Assembly (NCBI GenBank): GCA_965205915.1
Contig: OZ242191.1
Location: forward strand, 1,070,003 to 1,134,002
Reading direction: 5' to 3'
Length of the DNA: 64,000 bases
Source of the DNA: Dehalococcoidia bacterium
Lineage (GTDB): Bacteria > Chloroflexota > Dehalococcoidia > UBA6926
Each line of letters starts with the position of its first letter. Position 1 is the stretch's first letter. Positions 1 through 9,742 of this stretch are shown one piece after another. The position numbers and the translations under genes are program-made. Under the pieces are notes generated by a model, which was given only the letters and a program-made list of their open reading frames with translations, searched no databases and was not told the DNA's origin.

Positions 1-671
1 TCGATAAGCCGCCCGGCGTGGCCGTACACCCCGGGCCCGGGCACGCGACCGGGACTATCGTGAACGCTTTGTTGGGGCGTGAGGGTCCGCTGTCCACAAT
101 GGGCGGCGATGAGCGGCCCGGTATCGTGCATCGGTTGGACAAGGACACGTCCGGGGTGATGCTGGTCGCGAAGACTGACGCGGCGCACAGCGCGTTGTCA
201 CAGCAGTTTCAGGCCCGTAGTGTCGAGAAGGTGTACATCGCGCTGCTACGGGGGCTGCTGGAGCCGCAGACGGGCACGATAGAGGCGCCGCTGGGACGCG
301 ATCCGATGCATAGGCAACGGATGGCTGTCGTTGCCGCGGGACGGCCCGCCACAACCCGCTACCGGGTACTGACGCAACTGCCCGGCGGTTACACGTTGGT
401 GGAGGCGAGGCCACAGTCGGGGCGGCCGCACCAGATTCGTGTGCATTTTGCGTCACTGCGGCGGCCTGTGACGGGGGATGTCATCTACTCGCGTGGTGGG
501 CGGGACCCGGTTCCACGTCTTTTTCTCCATGCGCAGTCACTGAGGTTTACGCACCCCATCACAGGGGAGGGATTGGAGATTCGCTCGCCGCTTGCAGAGG
601 ACCTTGCGGAGTGCCTGGAGGAACTGATGGCGGGAACGGCGGATGCCGCTTTCATAGATTCGCTGCGATAG
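1..671 (+). CDS. RluA-family 23S rRNA/tRNA pseudouridine synthase, 5'-truncated by the window edge
   Basis: ORF 18..671 carries the motif HRLDKDTSGVMLVAKTD, typical of RluA/RluD catalytic cores. There is no start codon at the window edge. Confidence 0.75.
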   Translation, partial: DKPPGVAVHPGPGHATGTIVNALLGREGPLSTMGGDERPGIVHRLDKDTSGVMLVAKTDAAHSALSQQFQARSVEKVYIALLRGLLEPQTGTIEAPLGRDPMHRQRMAVVAAGRPATTRYRVLTQLPGGYTLVEARPQSGRPHQIRVHFASLRRPVTGDVIYSRGGRDPVPRLFLHAQSLRFTHPITGEGLEIRSPLAEDLAECLEELMAGTADAAFIDSLR

Positions 672-733
672 AATAGAGACGCACTGCCCCGCTCAGGTAG
701 CGGACGAGTTCACACGAGGAGATCTCTCAGTAC

Positions 734-2293
734 ATGCCGACTAACGCCGCGCCGACGCGCACGCGCTATGCCCCGAGTCCGACGGGGGACCCACACGTCG
801 GGAACATTCGCAGCGCCCTTTTTGCGTGGCTTTTTGCGCGCAGCACGGGCGGGGAATTCGCCGTGCGCATCGAGGACACCGACCAGGAACGGCGCATCCC
901 CGGGAGCGAAGAGCGGATTCTTGAGTCGCTGCGCTGGCTGGGCATTGAGTGGGATGAGGGGCCTGATATCGGGGGAGCGTACGGGCCTTATGTGCAGTCG
1001 CAACGGCTTGAGGGCTACGGGGCGGGGGCGGAGCGGCTGGTGGAGCTGGATGCCGCCTACTATTGCTATTGCCCGCCGGAGAGGCTGGACGCGATTCGCG
1101 CGGCGCAGCAGAAGCGCAACGTGCCGACGGGGTACGACCGTCGATGCCGCAACCTGAGTCCGGAGGAACGGGCGCAGGAGGAGGCGGAGAACGGGGCGCA
1201 TCGCGTTGTGCGGTTCAAGACGCCGTTGAGCGGGCGGACGACGTTCAACGATGTGATACGCGGCGATGTGTCGTGGGAGAACCGGCTTATCGACGATTTC
1301 GTCATTCTCAAGTCGGACGGATTCCCAACGTATCACTTGGCGAACGTGGTAGATGACGTCGCGATGGCTATCACACATGTGATTCGTGGCGATGAGTGGA
1401 TATCGTCGGCCCCACGCCACGCGATGATCTATGAGTCGTTAGGCTACACGCCGCCCGCGTTCGCGCACTTGCCGCTCATTCTCGGCGCGGATCGCACGAA
1501 GCTGTCCAAGCGGCACGGGTCAGTGGCGCTGCTGGACTATCGTGACGAGGGGTTCTTGCCGGAGGCGATGCTGAACTTTTTGGCGCTGCTTGGGTGGTCG
1601 CTGGACGACAAGACGACGCAGATGACGCGAGAGGAACTCATCAAGGGCTTCTCGCTGGATCGGGTATCCGCCTCGCCGGCGATGTTCGACCGCGACAAGC
1701 TGGAGTGGCTGAACGGCGTGTATATCCGTGAGCTGTCACCGGAGGCGTTCGTGGAGGCGTCGCGGCCCTATTTGGAGAATGGACTGTCACGGGATATTCC
1801 GCGCCCGCTCGATGATGAGCTGGTGAGGCAGGCGATAACTCTTACGCAGGACCGGGCGCGGGTATTGTCCGAGATGCCGGAACTGTGCGATTTCTTTTTT
1901 GCGGACAAGGTCTCGTTCCCGCCCGCTCTCATCTGGGCCGGCATGGGAGACAAGGCGATGAAGCGCATGGCGGACGCCGACGAGGATCTGTGGAATGTGC
2001 CCCTGCCGGAGGATGCGGGGACGGTACAGGAGTGGTTGAAGGCCGCCGGCGATGCCATTGAGACGATTGCGCCGTGGAATCACGATGCCATTGAGGCGCG
2101 ATTCAGGGCGCTTGTTGAAGAGCTTGGCACGTCCGGCCGCAAGCTATTCGGCGCGGTGCGGGTTGCCACAACAGGAAGGACGGCAGCGCCGCCCCTATTT
2201 GTCACGCTAGAGGCAATCGGACGCGAGAAATCGGCCTCACGGACACGCTCCGCGGCTGCCGCGCTGCTTGACACGGAATTGGCAGCTTCGTAG
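734..2293 (+). CDS. gltX: Glutamyl-tRNA synthetase
   Basis: 519 aa. HIGH-type motif 'PHVGNIRSALF' and KMSKS-type 'KLSKRHG'. Class I GluRS architecture. Confidence 0.9.
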   Translation: MPTNAAPTRTRYAPSPTGDPHVGNIRSALFAWLFARSTGGEFAVRIEDTDQERRIPGSEERILESLRWLGIEWDEGPDIGGAYGPYVQSQRLEGYGAGAERLVELDAAYYCYCPPERLDAIRAAQQKRNVPTGYDRRCRNLSPEERAQEEAENGAHRVVRFKTPLSGRTTFNDVIRGDVSWENRLIDDFVILKSDGFPTYHLANVVDDVAMAITHVIRGDEWISSAPRHAMIYESLGYTPPAFAHLPLILGADRTKLSKRHGSVALLDYRDEGFLPEAMLNFLALLGWSLDDKTTQMTREELIKGFSLDRVSASPAMFDRDKLEWLNGVYIRELSPEAFVEASRPYLENGLSRDIPRPLDDELVRQAITLTQDRARVLSEMPELCDFFFADKVSFPPALIWAGMGDKAMKRMADADEDLWNVPLPEDAGTVQEWLKAAGDAIETIAPWNHDAIEARFRALVEELGTSGRKLFGAVRVATTGRTAAPPLFVTLEAIGREKSASRTRSAAAALLDTELAAS

Positions 2294-2304
2294 CATGAGC
2301 GAAC

Positions 2305-2381
2305 GCGGCCCGGTGGTGTAGTCTGGCTTAACATACTGCCCTGTCACGGCAGAGATCACGGGTTCAAATCCCGTTCGGGTC
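2305..2381 (+). tRNA. tRNA-Asp (anticodon GTC)
   Basis: Cloverleaf read by eye. Acceptor stem gcggccc/gggtcgc, anticodon loop ctGTCac, T-loop GGTTCAAATCC. No encoded CCA. Confidence 0.8.
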
Positions 2382-2478
2382 GCCAGAATAGTTTTTTGCA
2401 GGAACAAACGCACGCGAGGGACAGGCCTAAACGACAGGCCGCCATCGTCTGGCAGAGAGACAGCGAGAACGCGCACGT

Positions 2479-3480
2479 ATGGCAACGCCCTATCTGCTTG
2501 GAGTCGATATCGGCGGAACTCAAACTCGCGTCTCACTAGCCCGTACGCCGCGCGGCGCGATGCTGCGTTCCGTGTTTTCTTCCCCATCCCGAGCTGACCC
2601 CAGCATCCTGATCGACGGCATTGTCGATGCGGCATCAACCCTGGCCCGAGAGGCGGACGGCGAAATCATCGCCGGCGTCGTCGCAGCCGCCGGCACGGTC
2701 GATACAGCCACGGGCACGATTGTCGAATCCCCCAATCTACCCATGGTGAAAGACTTTGCTGTGGTGGAGGCCCTTTCGAGTCGGCTCGGCTGCCCCATCG
2801 AAGTCGACAACGATGCCACCGCTGCCGCGTACGCAGTGCATCGCATGGGCGTGGGGCGCGGGACGCGGGAGATGATCTATCTCACCATCAGCACGGGCAT
2901 CGGCGGCGGGATTGTGTCGGGCGGAAAACTGCTGAGGGGCATCGCGGGTGCTGCCGGAGAGTTTGGCCACATGACGATCGGCCTGTACCGCGGCATTCAA
3001 TGCGCGTGCGGGCTGTCAGGCTGCTGGGAGACGATGGCCTCCGGCACGGCGATTGCGCGAATGGCACGGATTCGCATCGAGGGGGGCGAGGACTCGAGCC
3101 TCGTCGAAATCATCCAGGCAAAGGGGCCTGAGAGCATCACTGCTCGCGATGTATTTGAGGCGGCGGAGCAGGACGATGCGCTGGGCCGTGCCGTGGTGGA
3201 TGAGGCGGGCTATGCGCTGGGCGTAGGGCTGGCAAATATCGTCAATATCTTCAATCCGGAACTGATTGTGTTGGGCGGGGGGCTGGCTCGCGGCCAGGAT
3301 GATTTTGTCATGCACGGCATCAGCGTCGCGCGGGAGCGGGCGTTCAAGCTCCAGAATCGCACCGTGCGCTATGAGGTTACGGAGCTCGGCGACGACAACG
3401 GGCTGCGCGGCGCGCTTTTGTTGGCGCGTGAACTGGCATCACGGATTCACCGCGAGGCCGGACGGGCGGCCCGGGAATAA
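2479..3480 (+). CDS. ROK-family sugar kinase (glucokinase/N-acetylglucosamine kinase-like)
   Basis: 333 aa. N-terminal 'LLGVDIGGTQTRV' ATP-binding motif and Cys-rich 'CACGLSGCWE' zinc motif of the ROK family. Confidence 0.8.
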   Translation: MATPYLLGVDIGGTQTRVSLARTPRGAMLRSVFSSPSRADPSILIDGIVDAASTLAREADGEIIAGVVAAAGTVDTATGTIVESPNLPMVKDFAVVEALSSRLGCPIEVDNDATAAAYAVHRMGVGRGTREMIYLTISTGIGGGIVSGGKLLRGIAGAAGEFGHMTIGLYRGIQCACGLSGCWETMASGTAIARMARIRIEGGEDSSLVEIIQAKGPESITARDVFEAAEQDDALGRAVVDEAGYALGVGLANIVNIFNPELIVLGGGLARGQDDFVMHGISVARERAFKLQNRTVRYEVTELGDDNGLRGALLLARELASRIHREAGRAARE

Positions 3481-3491
3481 GGACAGGCCAC

Positions 3492-4211
3492 ATGGAAGGG
3501 ACAGCACACGAGGGCGAGGCGCTGGATTACGTCAGCATCACGCCGACGGACTACGAGGCATCCAGAGAGTATCCGGTCATCATCCTTGTACACGGATACG
3601 GCGCGAGCATGTACGACCTCGCGGGGCTCTCGCCGGGCATCAGCCAGACGGATTATGTGTATCTCTGCCCAAACGGCATCGTGTCGTTCGATATTGGCGG
3701 GGGGCAAATGGGGTTTGGGTGGACGACGCCGGGCGGATTCAACGATGAGGCAGAATCACAGCGCGCGGAGGACGCATTCGAGGCATTCATGAATGAGGTC
3801 TCGGCGCCGTACAAGGTTCAGCCGGGTAAGACGCTTGTTGTCGGATTCTCGCAGGGAGGGGGCATTGCGTATCGCTACGGCCTGACACGACCGGAGATGT
3901 TCGCGGGTGTCGCCGCTCTCAGCGCGTCGCTTGCTGAGCCCGAGACGTTGCTGCCGCGATTGCCTGATCTCAAGACGCAACCCATCTTCATTGGGCACGG
4001 CAATCAGGATCCCGTCGTGCCCCTGGAACGCGGGCAGGATGCCTGCGCGCTGTTGGAGTCGTGGGGGTACGGCGACTGCACGTACAACGAGTACGCGGGC
4101 GCGGGGCACGAGATCACACCGACAGAGTTACGTGATCTGGCAGCGTGGGTCGCCCGCGTTCTTCCACCTTCAACCCCCGGGGTGTCTCCGGGTGGGATTA
4201 TTTTGCCGTGA
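3492..4211 (+). CDS. Phospholipase/carboxylesterase-family alpha/beta hydrolase
   Basis: 239 aa. Nucleophile elbow 'GFSQGG' and a later His, typical of esterase/LplA-like hydrolases. Confidence 0.6.
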   Translation: MEGTAHEGEALDYVSITPTDYEASREYPVIILVHGYGASMYDLAGLSPGISQTDYVYLCPNGIVSFDIGGGQMGFGWTTPGGFNDEAESQRAEDAFEAFMNEVSAPYKVQPGKTLVVGFSQGGGIAYRYGLTRPEMFAGVAALSASLAEPETLLPRLPDLKTQPIFIGHGNQDPVVPLERGQDACALLESWGYGDCTYNEYAGAGHEITPTELRDLAAWVARVLPPSTPGVSPGGIILP

Positions 4212-4236
4212 TGGCAGCGGCTTACTCCACGAATAG

Positions 4237-4779
4237 ATGCGTATCGGACTGATTTCAGATACGCATGTGCCGGAGGCCGGGGAGCGGTTGCCGGGCGAGG
4301 TGTTTGATTTGCTGGCCAGTGTGGACATGGTCATGCATGCGGGCGACATGCATATCATCGACGTGCTGGATTGGCTGGAGGTCATCGCGCCGGTGGTGGG
4401 GGCGCGGGGAAATGGGGATGGCGATGGATTTCGTCCGCCTTTTCCCGACAATGACCCCCGCGTTGAACACGCGCAGGTGCTGGAGCTTGAGGGGGCGCGT
4501 GTCGGGCTGATTCATGGGTTCCCCTTGCCGTCGGACACTCCGTGGGTCACGACGGAGACGCTGATGGACCGCTATTTTGGCGGGGCCGTCGATGTGATCG
4601 TGTTCGGCGATACTCACATTGCGCACGTGGAGCGGACGGTTGGGGGCGTTCTGATGGTCAATCCGGGCAGCCCTGCCCTGCCGCGCAATATCCGCGAGCC
4701 GGGTCACGTCGGGGTGCTCACCATCGAGGATGGTGAGGCGTCGGCGGAAATTTTGGCACTTACCAGTTTGGCGTATTAG
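4237..4779 (+). CDS. YfcE/MJ0936-family metallophosphoesterase
   Basis: 180 aa. 'LISDTHV', 'GDMH' and 'GDTHIAHV' metal-binding motifs. Confidence 0.75.
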   Translation: MRIGLISDTHVPEAGERLPGEVFDLLASVDMVMHAGDMHIIDVLDWLEVIAPVVGARGNGDGDGFRPPFPDNDPRVEHAQVLELEGARVGLIHGFPLPSDTPWVTTETLMDRYFGGAVDVIVFGDTHIAHVERTVGGVLMVNPGSPALPRNIREPGHVGVLTIEDGEASAEILALTSLAY

Positions 4780-4786
4780 GGGCGAT

Positions 4787-6961
4787 ATGACGCAGTTGGA
4801 TTCTCCGCTGGCCATTCTCAAGTCGCGGTTTGGGTATGACGATTTTCTGCCTTTGCAGTCTGAGATTATTGAGAACGTTCTGGCGTCTCGCGACTCGCTG
4901 GTTCTTATGCCGACGGGGGGCGGAAAGTCCCTTTGTTATCAGTTGCCCGCTCTGGTTCTCGGAGGAACAACGCTTGTTGTATCGCCGCTGATCGCGCTTA
5001 TGAAGGATCAGGTGGACGCGCTGAATGAGTCGGGCATCCCGGCGGGGTTTATCAACAGTTCGCTGTCGGCATCGGATTCGCGGCTAGTGGAGAGGCAGGT
5101 GCGGGAGGGGCGCGTGAAGCTGCTGTATATTGCGCCTGAACGGCTGGCGCTAGAGGGGTTTCGCAAGTTCCTGCATGAGTTGAACATCAGCCTCATCGCT
5201 ATCGATGAGGCGCACTGCATCTCCGAATGGGGCCATGAGTTCCGCCCCGATTACCGCAATTTGCGACAGCTGCGTGAGGAGTTTCCATCGACGCCGGTGA
5301 TTGCGCTGACAGCCACGGCGACGGAGCGGGTTCGAGATGACATTATCGGTCAGCTTGGGTTGCACGAGGGCCGCGTATTTGTTTCCAGTTTCAATCGAAG
5401 CAATCTCAATTACACGGTGTGGCCCAAGAGCGAGGCATGGGAACGGCTCTTGTCTCTCCTGGAAAGTCACAAGGGCGAGTCCACCATCATTTATTGCTTC
5501 TCGCGACAGGAGACCGAGGACCTGGCCACTGATCTGACCGCACGGGGTTTTGAGGCTCGGCCGTACCATGCCGGCCTGGACGGCGGGACGCGCCGTCGCA
5601 CGCAGGATGATTTCATACGGGATCGGGCTCACATTATCGTCGCGACTATCGCGTTCGGGATGGGGATAGACAAACCTGATGTGCGGCTGGTTGTTCACTA
5701 CAGCTTGCCGAAATCGGTGGAGAGTTACTACCAGGAGACCGGGCGCGCGGGCAGGGACGGGTTGCCTGCGGAGTGCGTCCTGTTCTATGCGTCCGCGGAT
5801 AAGGCCAAGCAAGACTATTTCATCAATCAGATTGTTAGTGAATCTGAGCAGCGAGTTGCCCGGGAGCAGATGGCGCGAATGGTCGAGTTTGCGCAGCTGT
5901 CCACTTGCCGCCGACGGTATCTGATGCATTACCTGGGAGAGGAATGGGAGCACGAGAACTGCGGCGGTTGCGATGTCTGTATTGAGCCCAGAGAGGAATT
6001 TGATGCGACTGAAATCACGCAGAAGATCCTGTCTGCTGTGATTCGTACCGGCGAGAAGTTTGGGGCGGGCCACATCATTCGTGTGCTACGGGGTGGTCGG
6101 GACAAACGCATCCTGGAGCTGGAGCACGATAAGTTGAGCGTGTACGGCATCGCGCGGGATTCCGAAAGGTCTCAACTCAGGGAGATCATCGGACAGCTGG
6201 AATCGCGGGGACTATTGGCGACGGCCGGCGATACCTATCCGGTCCTGGCAATGACGCCTGCGGGGCGGGAGTTTCTGCAGATGCGCCGGACGTTGTCGCT
6301 GCCTCGGCCGCTGGACGGCCTTGGAGCGCGGAGAACAGCTTCCGGGCCATCACGCTCCTCGACGGAGATTGCGTTCGATGAGCGGCTATTTGAGGAGTTG
6401 CGCGTGTTGCGCAGGCGGCTGGCGGACGAGAGGGATGTCCCATCTTTCGTGGTATTTGGCGATGCCTCCCTACGGCAGATGGCCGCGCGTTTTCCTGAGA
6501 ATACGGATGAGTTCGGTCGGATTTCCGGTGTGGGCGCGGCCAAGCTGGAGCAGTATGGGGCCGACTTTATTGGGGTGATCCAGGCTTACATTGAGGCGCA
6601 TGGACGGCCGAATATTCAGGCGCCGGAAGAGCAGCCGGAGCGGGAACGGCCTGAGCGGCGGCTGGGGGCTACTTTTCAGGAGACCCGCGAGTTGTTGGCC
6701 CGAGGACTGTCAATCCCGGAAATAACCGAGCAACGGGGTCTCGCGGAGACGACCATCATCGGCCAAATTGAGCGCCTCGCCGAACAAGACGATTCGCTTG
6801 ACCTGTCCCATGTGATGCCGGACGCCGCGACGATGCAGGAAATCGAGAGGGCTTTCGACATCTGCGGCGCGGATTTCCTGAGACCCGTGTGGGAGTTTCT
6901 GGAGGAAAAGGTTAGTTACAGCGACATACGGCTGGCGCGTATTCAGTTGCGGCGTGGGTAG
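4787..6961 (+). CDS. recQ: ATP-dependent DNA helicase RecQ, with an extra C-terminal HTH-like region
   Basis: ORF 4730..6961; the likely start is the ATG at 4787 (MTQLDSPL). DEAH box 'IAIDEAHCISEWGHEFR', zinc-binding Cys cluster 'CRRRYLMHYLGEEWEHENCGGCDVC', and an HRDC-like region. Confidence 0.9.
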   Translation: MTQLDSPLAILKSRFGYDDFLPLQSEIIENVLASRDSLVLMPTGGGKSLCYQLPALVLGGTTLVVSPLIALMKDQVDALNESGIPAGFINSSLSASDSRLVERQVREGRVKLLYIAPERLALEGFRKFLHELNISLIAIDEAHCISEWGHEFRPDYRNLRQLREEFPSTPVIALTATATERVRDDIIGQLGLHEGRVFVSSFNRSNLNYTVWPKSEAWERLLSLLESHKGESTIIYCFSRQETEDLATDLTARGFEARPYHAGLDGGTRRRTQDDFIRDRAHIIVATIAFGMGIDKPDVRLVVHYSLPKSVESYYQETGRAGRDGLPAECVLFYASADKAKQDYFINQIVSESEQRVAREQMARMVEFAQLSTCRRRYLMHYLGEEWEHENCGGCDVCIEPREEFDATEITQKILSAVIRTGEKFGAGHIIRVLRGGRDKRILELEHDKLSVYGIARDSERSQLREIIGQLESRGLLATAGDTYPVLAMTPAGREFLQMRRTLSLPRPLDGLGARRTASGPSRSSTEIAFDERLFEELRVLRRRLADERDVPSFVVFGDASLRQMAARFPENTDEFGRISGVGAAKLEQYGADFIGVIQAYIEAHGRPNIQAPEEQPERERPERRLGATFQETRELLARGLSIPEITEQRGLAETTIIGQIERLAEQDDSLDLSHVMPDAATMQEIERAFDICGADFLRPVWEFLEEKVSYSDIRLARIQLRRG

Positions 6962-6964
6962 GTT

Positions 6965-7105
6965 GGGTTGGGCGTGCCAATTGTCAATCCGGGGAGTCCG
7001 GCGCTGCCGCGGCACATCGGTGAGCCGGGATCCGTTGGGATTCTGACTATTGAGAACGGCAAGGTGTCCGCGGAGATATTGGCGCTGACGAGTCTCGGGT
7101 ATTAG
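6965..7105 (+). pseudogene. Duplicated, diverged copy of the 3' end of the metallophosphoesterase gene (4640..4779)
   Basis: Translation 'VNPGSPALPRHIGEPGSVGILTIENGKVSAEILALTSLGY*' parallels the C-terminus of ORF 4237..4779, 'VNPGSPALPRNIREPGHVGVLTIEDGEASAEILALTSLAY*'. About 75% nucleotide identity by eye. Confidence 0.6.
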
Positions 7106-7174
7106 GGGGCCCTCACCCATGGTCGTGTCTTCTCTTGTCCGTCCGTCTACAGACAGATTTCATATTGTGGCACC

Positions 7175-7573
7175 GTGAGGGTGCTAACTAAAATGGTACG
7201 TACTATCGCGCAGGGTGGGGAAGGCAAAGCAATGACTGAGTCGGATCGGGAATCAATCCAAGATAAGGTTCGTTTTTGGGAAGAGCAGGACAAGATCAAC
7301 CAGGAGTTGATTCCTCGCGTAATCCGGCAGAACGAGTTACTCGCTCGGCACATCGCCGAGCATGACGCCCTGCCTGAATTGGCAGCGAAGGCCGTTAGTC
7401 AGGCCGTGCGAGAGGTCAAAGAAGAGAACAACCGTCGCTTCGAAGCCGCCTTACTGGACGCTAAAGAGCAACTGGTCGCAGAGTCGCTCAGAATGCGCAA
7501 CAGGCTCATCGGTTTGACCATCGCAGCAATGGCAGTCGCCGTTGTCTCACTTGGTGTGAATGTTCTCGCCTAG
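7175..7573 (+). CDS. Hypothetical coiled-coil protein with a C-terminal transmembrane anchor
   Basis: 132 aa ORF in a lower-GC stretch. Charged heptad-like region followed by 'LIGLTIAAMAVAVVSLGVNVLA'. Start uncertain; alternatives at 7193 and 7232. Confidence 0.4.
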   Translation: MRVLTKMVRTIAQGGEGKAMTESDRESIQDKVRFWEEQDKINQELIPRVIRQNELLARHIAEHDALPELAAKAVSQAVREVKEENNRRFEAALLDAKEQLVAESLRMRNRLIGLTIAAMAVAVVSLGVNVLA

Positions 7574-8759
7574 AAAGCGGAGAATGCTCATGCGTATGGA
7601 ATCATCAGACCTGCTCCCCGCGCTTCAGCAACTGCCCGGCAACTCGCCACCTGAGCGACAGTCATTTCGGGGCGCGCTTGCCGAAATCGTGAGCATGGAT
7701 CGCTCAATGTTCGCGGCCGAGTTTACATCCGCCACATCGTTTGGCCTCTGGGCGCTTTTTGAAGGCACGCCGCTAACCGATGGGGTTAATGTAGATGACT
7801 ATAGCCGCGAAGCTATTATCGAAGCTGGAGTGCGGGCTTTTCCTAATGACAATCAGTCAGTCTGGGAGCATCATCAAGAGGCACTGAATAGTCCCGAAAC
7901 GTACAACAATTCCTTCATGAACCCCCTCAAAGGTGCTTTGGCGGAGGTTCACGCTAGAGACAGCCAGAATCAGGCAGGTGGGAGTGTCGAACTGGCTCCA
8001 GTTCGCAATCAACCCGGATGGGACGTTTACGGAACAAGTCCTGAGGGGAATGACACACAGATACAAGTAAAGACCGGCGAATCTTACGGGCTAAGCGACA
8101 TCCAGGAGCACATGGATAAATATCCATTGGGCCATGAGGATTATGCTGACCACTACGCGCTCGGGACCGAGCTATACGACAAGGTTCAAGCATCAGGAAT
8201 CGACGCGGGGGAAAGGACGATAAGCGACATCGGTTCTGACTACGAACTAGTCGGTGAAACGACGGATGCCCTCAACACCCTCAGCGCCAACATGGGTATT
8301 GACATACCTGACGCTGTCGTGGACATGGTGCCCTACGCTGCGGCAATCGTTGGCGGAGCGCGCCTGCTTTACAGCGTGGTCAAGACTGAGAGAGATTTCA
8401 AGGCAGCCGAGCGAACAACGCGCAACCAGATTCAGGTGGTACAGACGTTGACGCTGATCTCCAAGATGGGTGTCTCCACTGTCCTTGCAGTAGCTGGGGG
8501 CATGGGGGGTGGCACTGTAGGCAGTGCAGTTCCCGGAGTAGGCAATGTCGTCGCCGGCGCGGTGGGAACGGTAATTGGCGCCAGTGCCGGGATGCTCCTT
8601 AACAAGGGTCTCCAGCCTCGGATGCTTGATCTCGCGCTAAACATCACCAGCCTGACTCATGATGACCTGTTTTACTACAAGAACAAGCGGCGCATTGACA
8701 ACACCGCCAACGGCTTCCAAACCTGGACCAGAGTGTTGGCAACGGCACCCGGCTTTTAG
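7560..8759 (+). CDS. Hypothetical protein with a C-terminal glycine-zipper membrane segment
   Basis: 399 aa ORF in a lower-GC stretch. 'GGMGGGTVGSAVPGVGNVVAGAVGTVIGASAGMLL' GxxxG-rich segment. No recognisable family. Confidence 0.45.
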   Translation: MFSPRKRRMLMRMESSDLLPALQQLPGNSPPERQSFRGALAEIVSMDRSMFAAEFTSATSFGLWALFEGTPLTDGVNVDDYSREAIIEAGVRAFPNDNQSVWEHHQEALNSPETYNNSFMNPLKGALAEVHARDSQNQAGGSVELAPVRNQPGWDVYGTSPEGNDTQIQVKTGESYGLSDIQEHMDKYPLGHEDYADHYALGTELYDKVQASGIDAGERTISDIGSDYELVGETTDALNTLSANMGIDIPDAVVDMVPYAAAIVGGARLLYSVVKTERDFKAAERTTRNQIQVVQTLTLISKMGVSTVLAVAGGMGGGTVGSAVPGVGNVVAGAVGTVIGASAGMLLNKGLQPRMLDLALNITSLTHDDLFYYKNKRRIDNTANGFQTWTRVLATAPGF

Positions 8760-8817
8760 AAGTCGCGCTGGATTCCGTCTTTCGCCGGAATGAGGGAACG
8801 AACCCGTCGTTGGCGTA

Positions 8818-9249
8818 TTAGGCCGGATCGGGGGCGCCGAGGGGCTTCCACTGGGGGAGCATCTGGTCGCCGCGTTGTTCGAAGTAGACTTCTACGGGCA
8901 TATCGATTTCGACGTCTTCGATTTCGATGCCATTGACGTTGCCGTTCATGCGGACATCCTCATCAAGGGTGATGATGGCGTAGATGTAAGGCACGTCCTC
9001 GTTGAAAGAGGGATGGCCGGGCTGGCGCACGACGATGAAGCTGTAGATGCGGCCCTTGCCGCTGACGGTTATCCACTCGAGGTCGTCCGAGAGGCAGTTG
9101 GGATCGCGCTCACGGGGATAGAAGAATCGGTTGCCACAGGTTCGGCAGCGTTGAATGGTGAGTCGGCCCTCTTTGGTGGCCTCCCAGAACGGCTCTGTAA
9201 CCTGATCCGGATACGGAACCGGCTTGGGTATCGTCTGCCCCTCTGTCAT
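8818..9249 (-). CDS. DUF35/COG1545 Zn-ribbon plus OB-fold protein
   Basis: 143 aa. 'QRCRTCGNRFFYPRERDPNC' rubredoxin-like zinc ribbon followed by an OB-fold region. Confidence 0.65.
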   Translation of the reverse strand: MTEGQTIPKPVPYPDQVTEPFWEATKEGRLTIQRCRTCGNRFFYPRERDPNCLSDDLEWITVSGKGRIYSFIVVRQPGHPSFNEDVPYIYAIITLDEDVRMNGNVNGIEIEDVEIDMPVEVYFEQRGDQMLPQWKPLGAPDPA

Positions 9250-9376
9250 TGCCCCACTCCTCCGAACGGTTCCCCGCCCTTAGTGGGGGAACCTATACGC
9301 TTGTTCCGATACCAGCGTGTACACGATAGCACTTTTGGGGTGGGGGCGCATGGGGGCGTAGTGGTACCGTCATGGT

Positions 9377-9742
9377 ATGGACATAGCCGAGTTTGAGGGG
9401 TTGGTTGAGCAGGCGTTGGATTCGTTGCCGCCGGAGATTGAGGCGGGGTTGGACAACGTGGCGATTATCATCCAGGATTGGCCGTCGCCGGAGCAGATGG
9501 AGGACAACAACCTCCGCAGTCGTCGCGATTTGTTGGGCCTCTATGAGGGAGTGCCGTTGGTGGACCGCATCGGCTATGACATGGTCGCGCCGGACAAGAT
9601 TACTATCTTCCAGAAGGCAATTGAGTCGCTGCGGCTTGGCCCTCAGGGGACGGTCGAGGAGATTCGGAAGACTGTATTGCATGAGTTGGCGCACCACCTG
9701 GGGTTTTCGGACGATGATCTGCATGAGCTGGGGTATGGATAG
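9377..9742 (+). CDS. Zincin_1 (PF06262-like) putative minimal zinc metallopeptidase
   Basis: 121 aa. 'HELAHHLGFSDDDLHELG' HExxH motif and the conserved N-terminal 'LDNVAIIIQD' block. Confidence 0.7.
   Translation: MDIAEFEGLVEQALDSLPPEIEAGLDNVAIIIQDWPSPEQMEDNNLRSRRDLLGLYEGVPLVDRIGYDMVAPDKITIFQKAIESLRLGPQGTVEEIRKTVLHELAHHLGFSDDDLHELGYG

Noticed and set aside
710-1420. Large Arg/Pro-rich antisense ORFs opposite gltX, recQ, uvrA and others (for example 710..1420-, 5150..6073-, 14615..15364-, 35744..36556-)
   Set aside because: These are typical spurious long ORFs of a 65% GC genome on the non-coding strand of well-supported genes.
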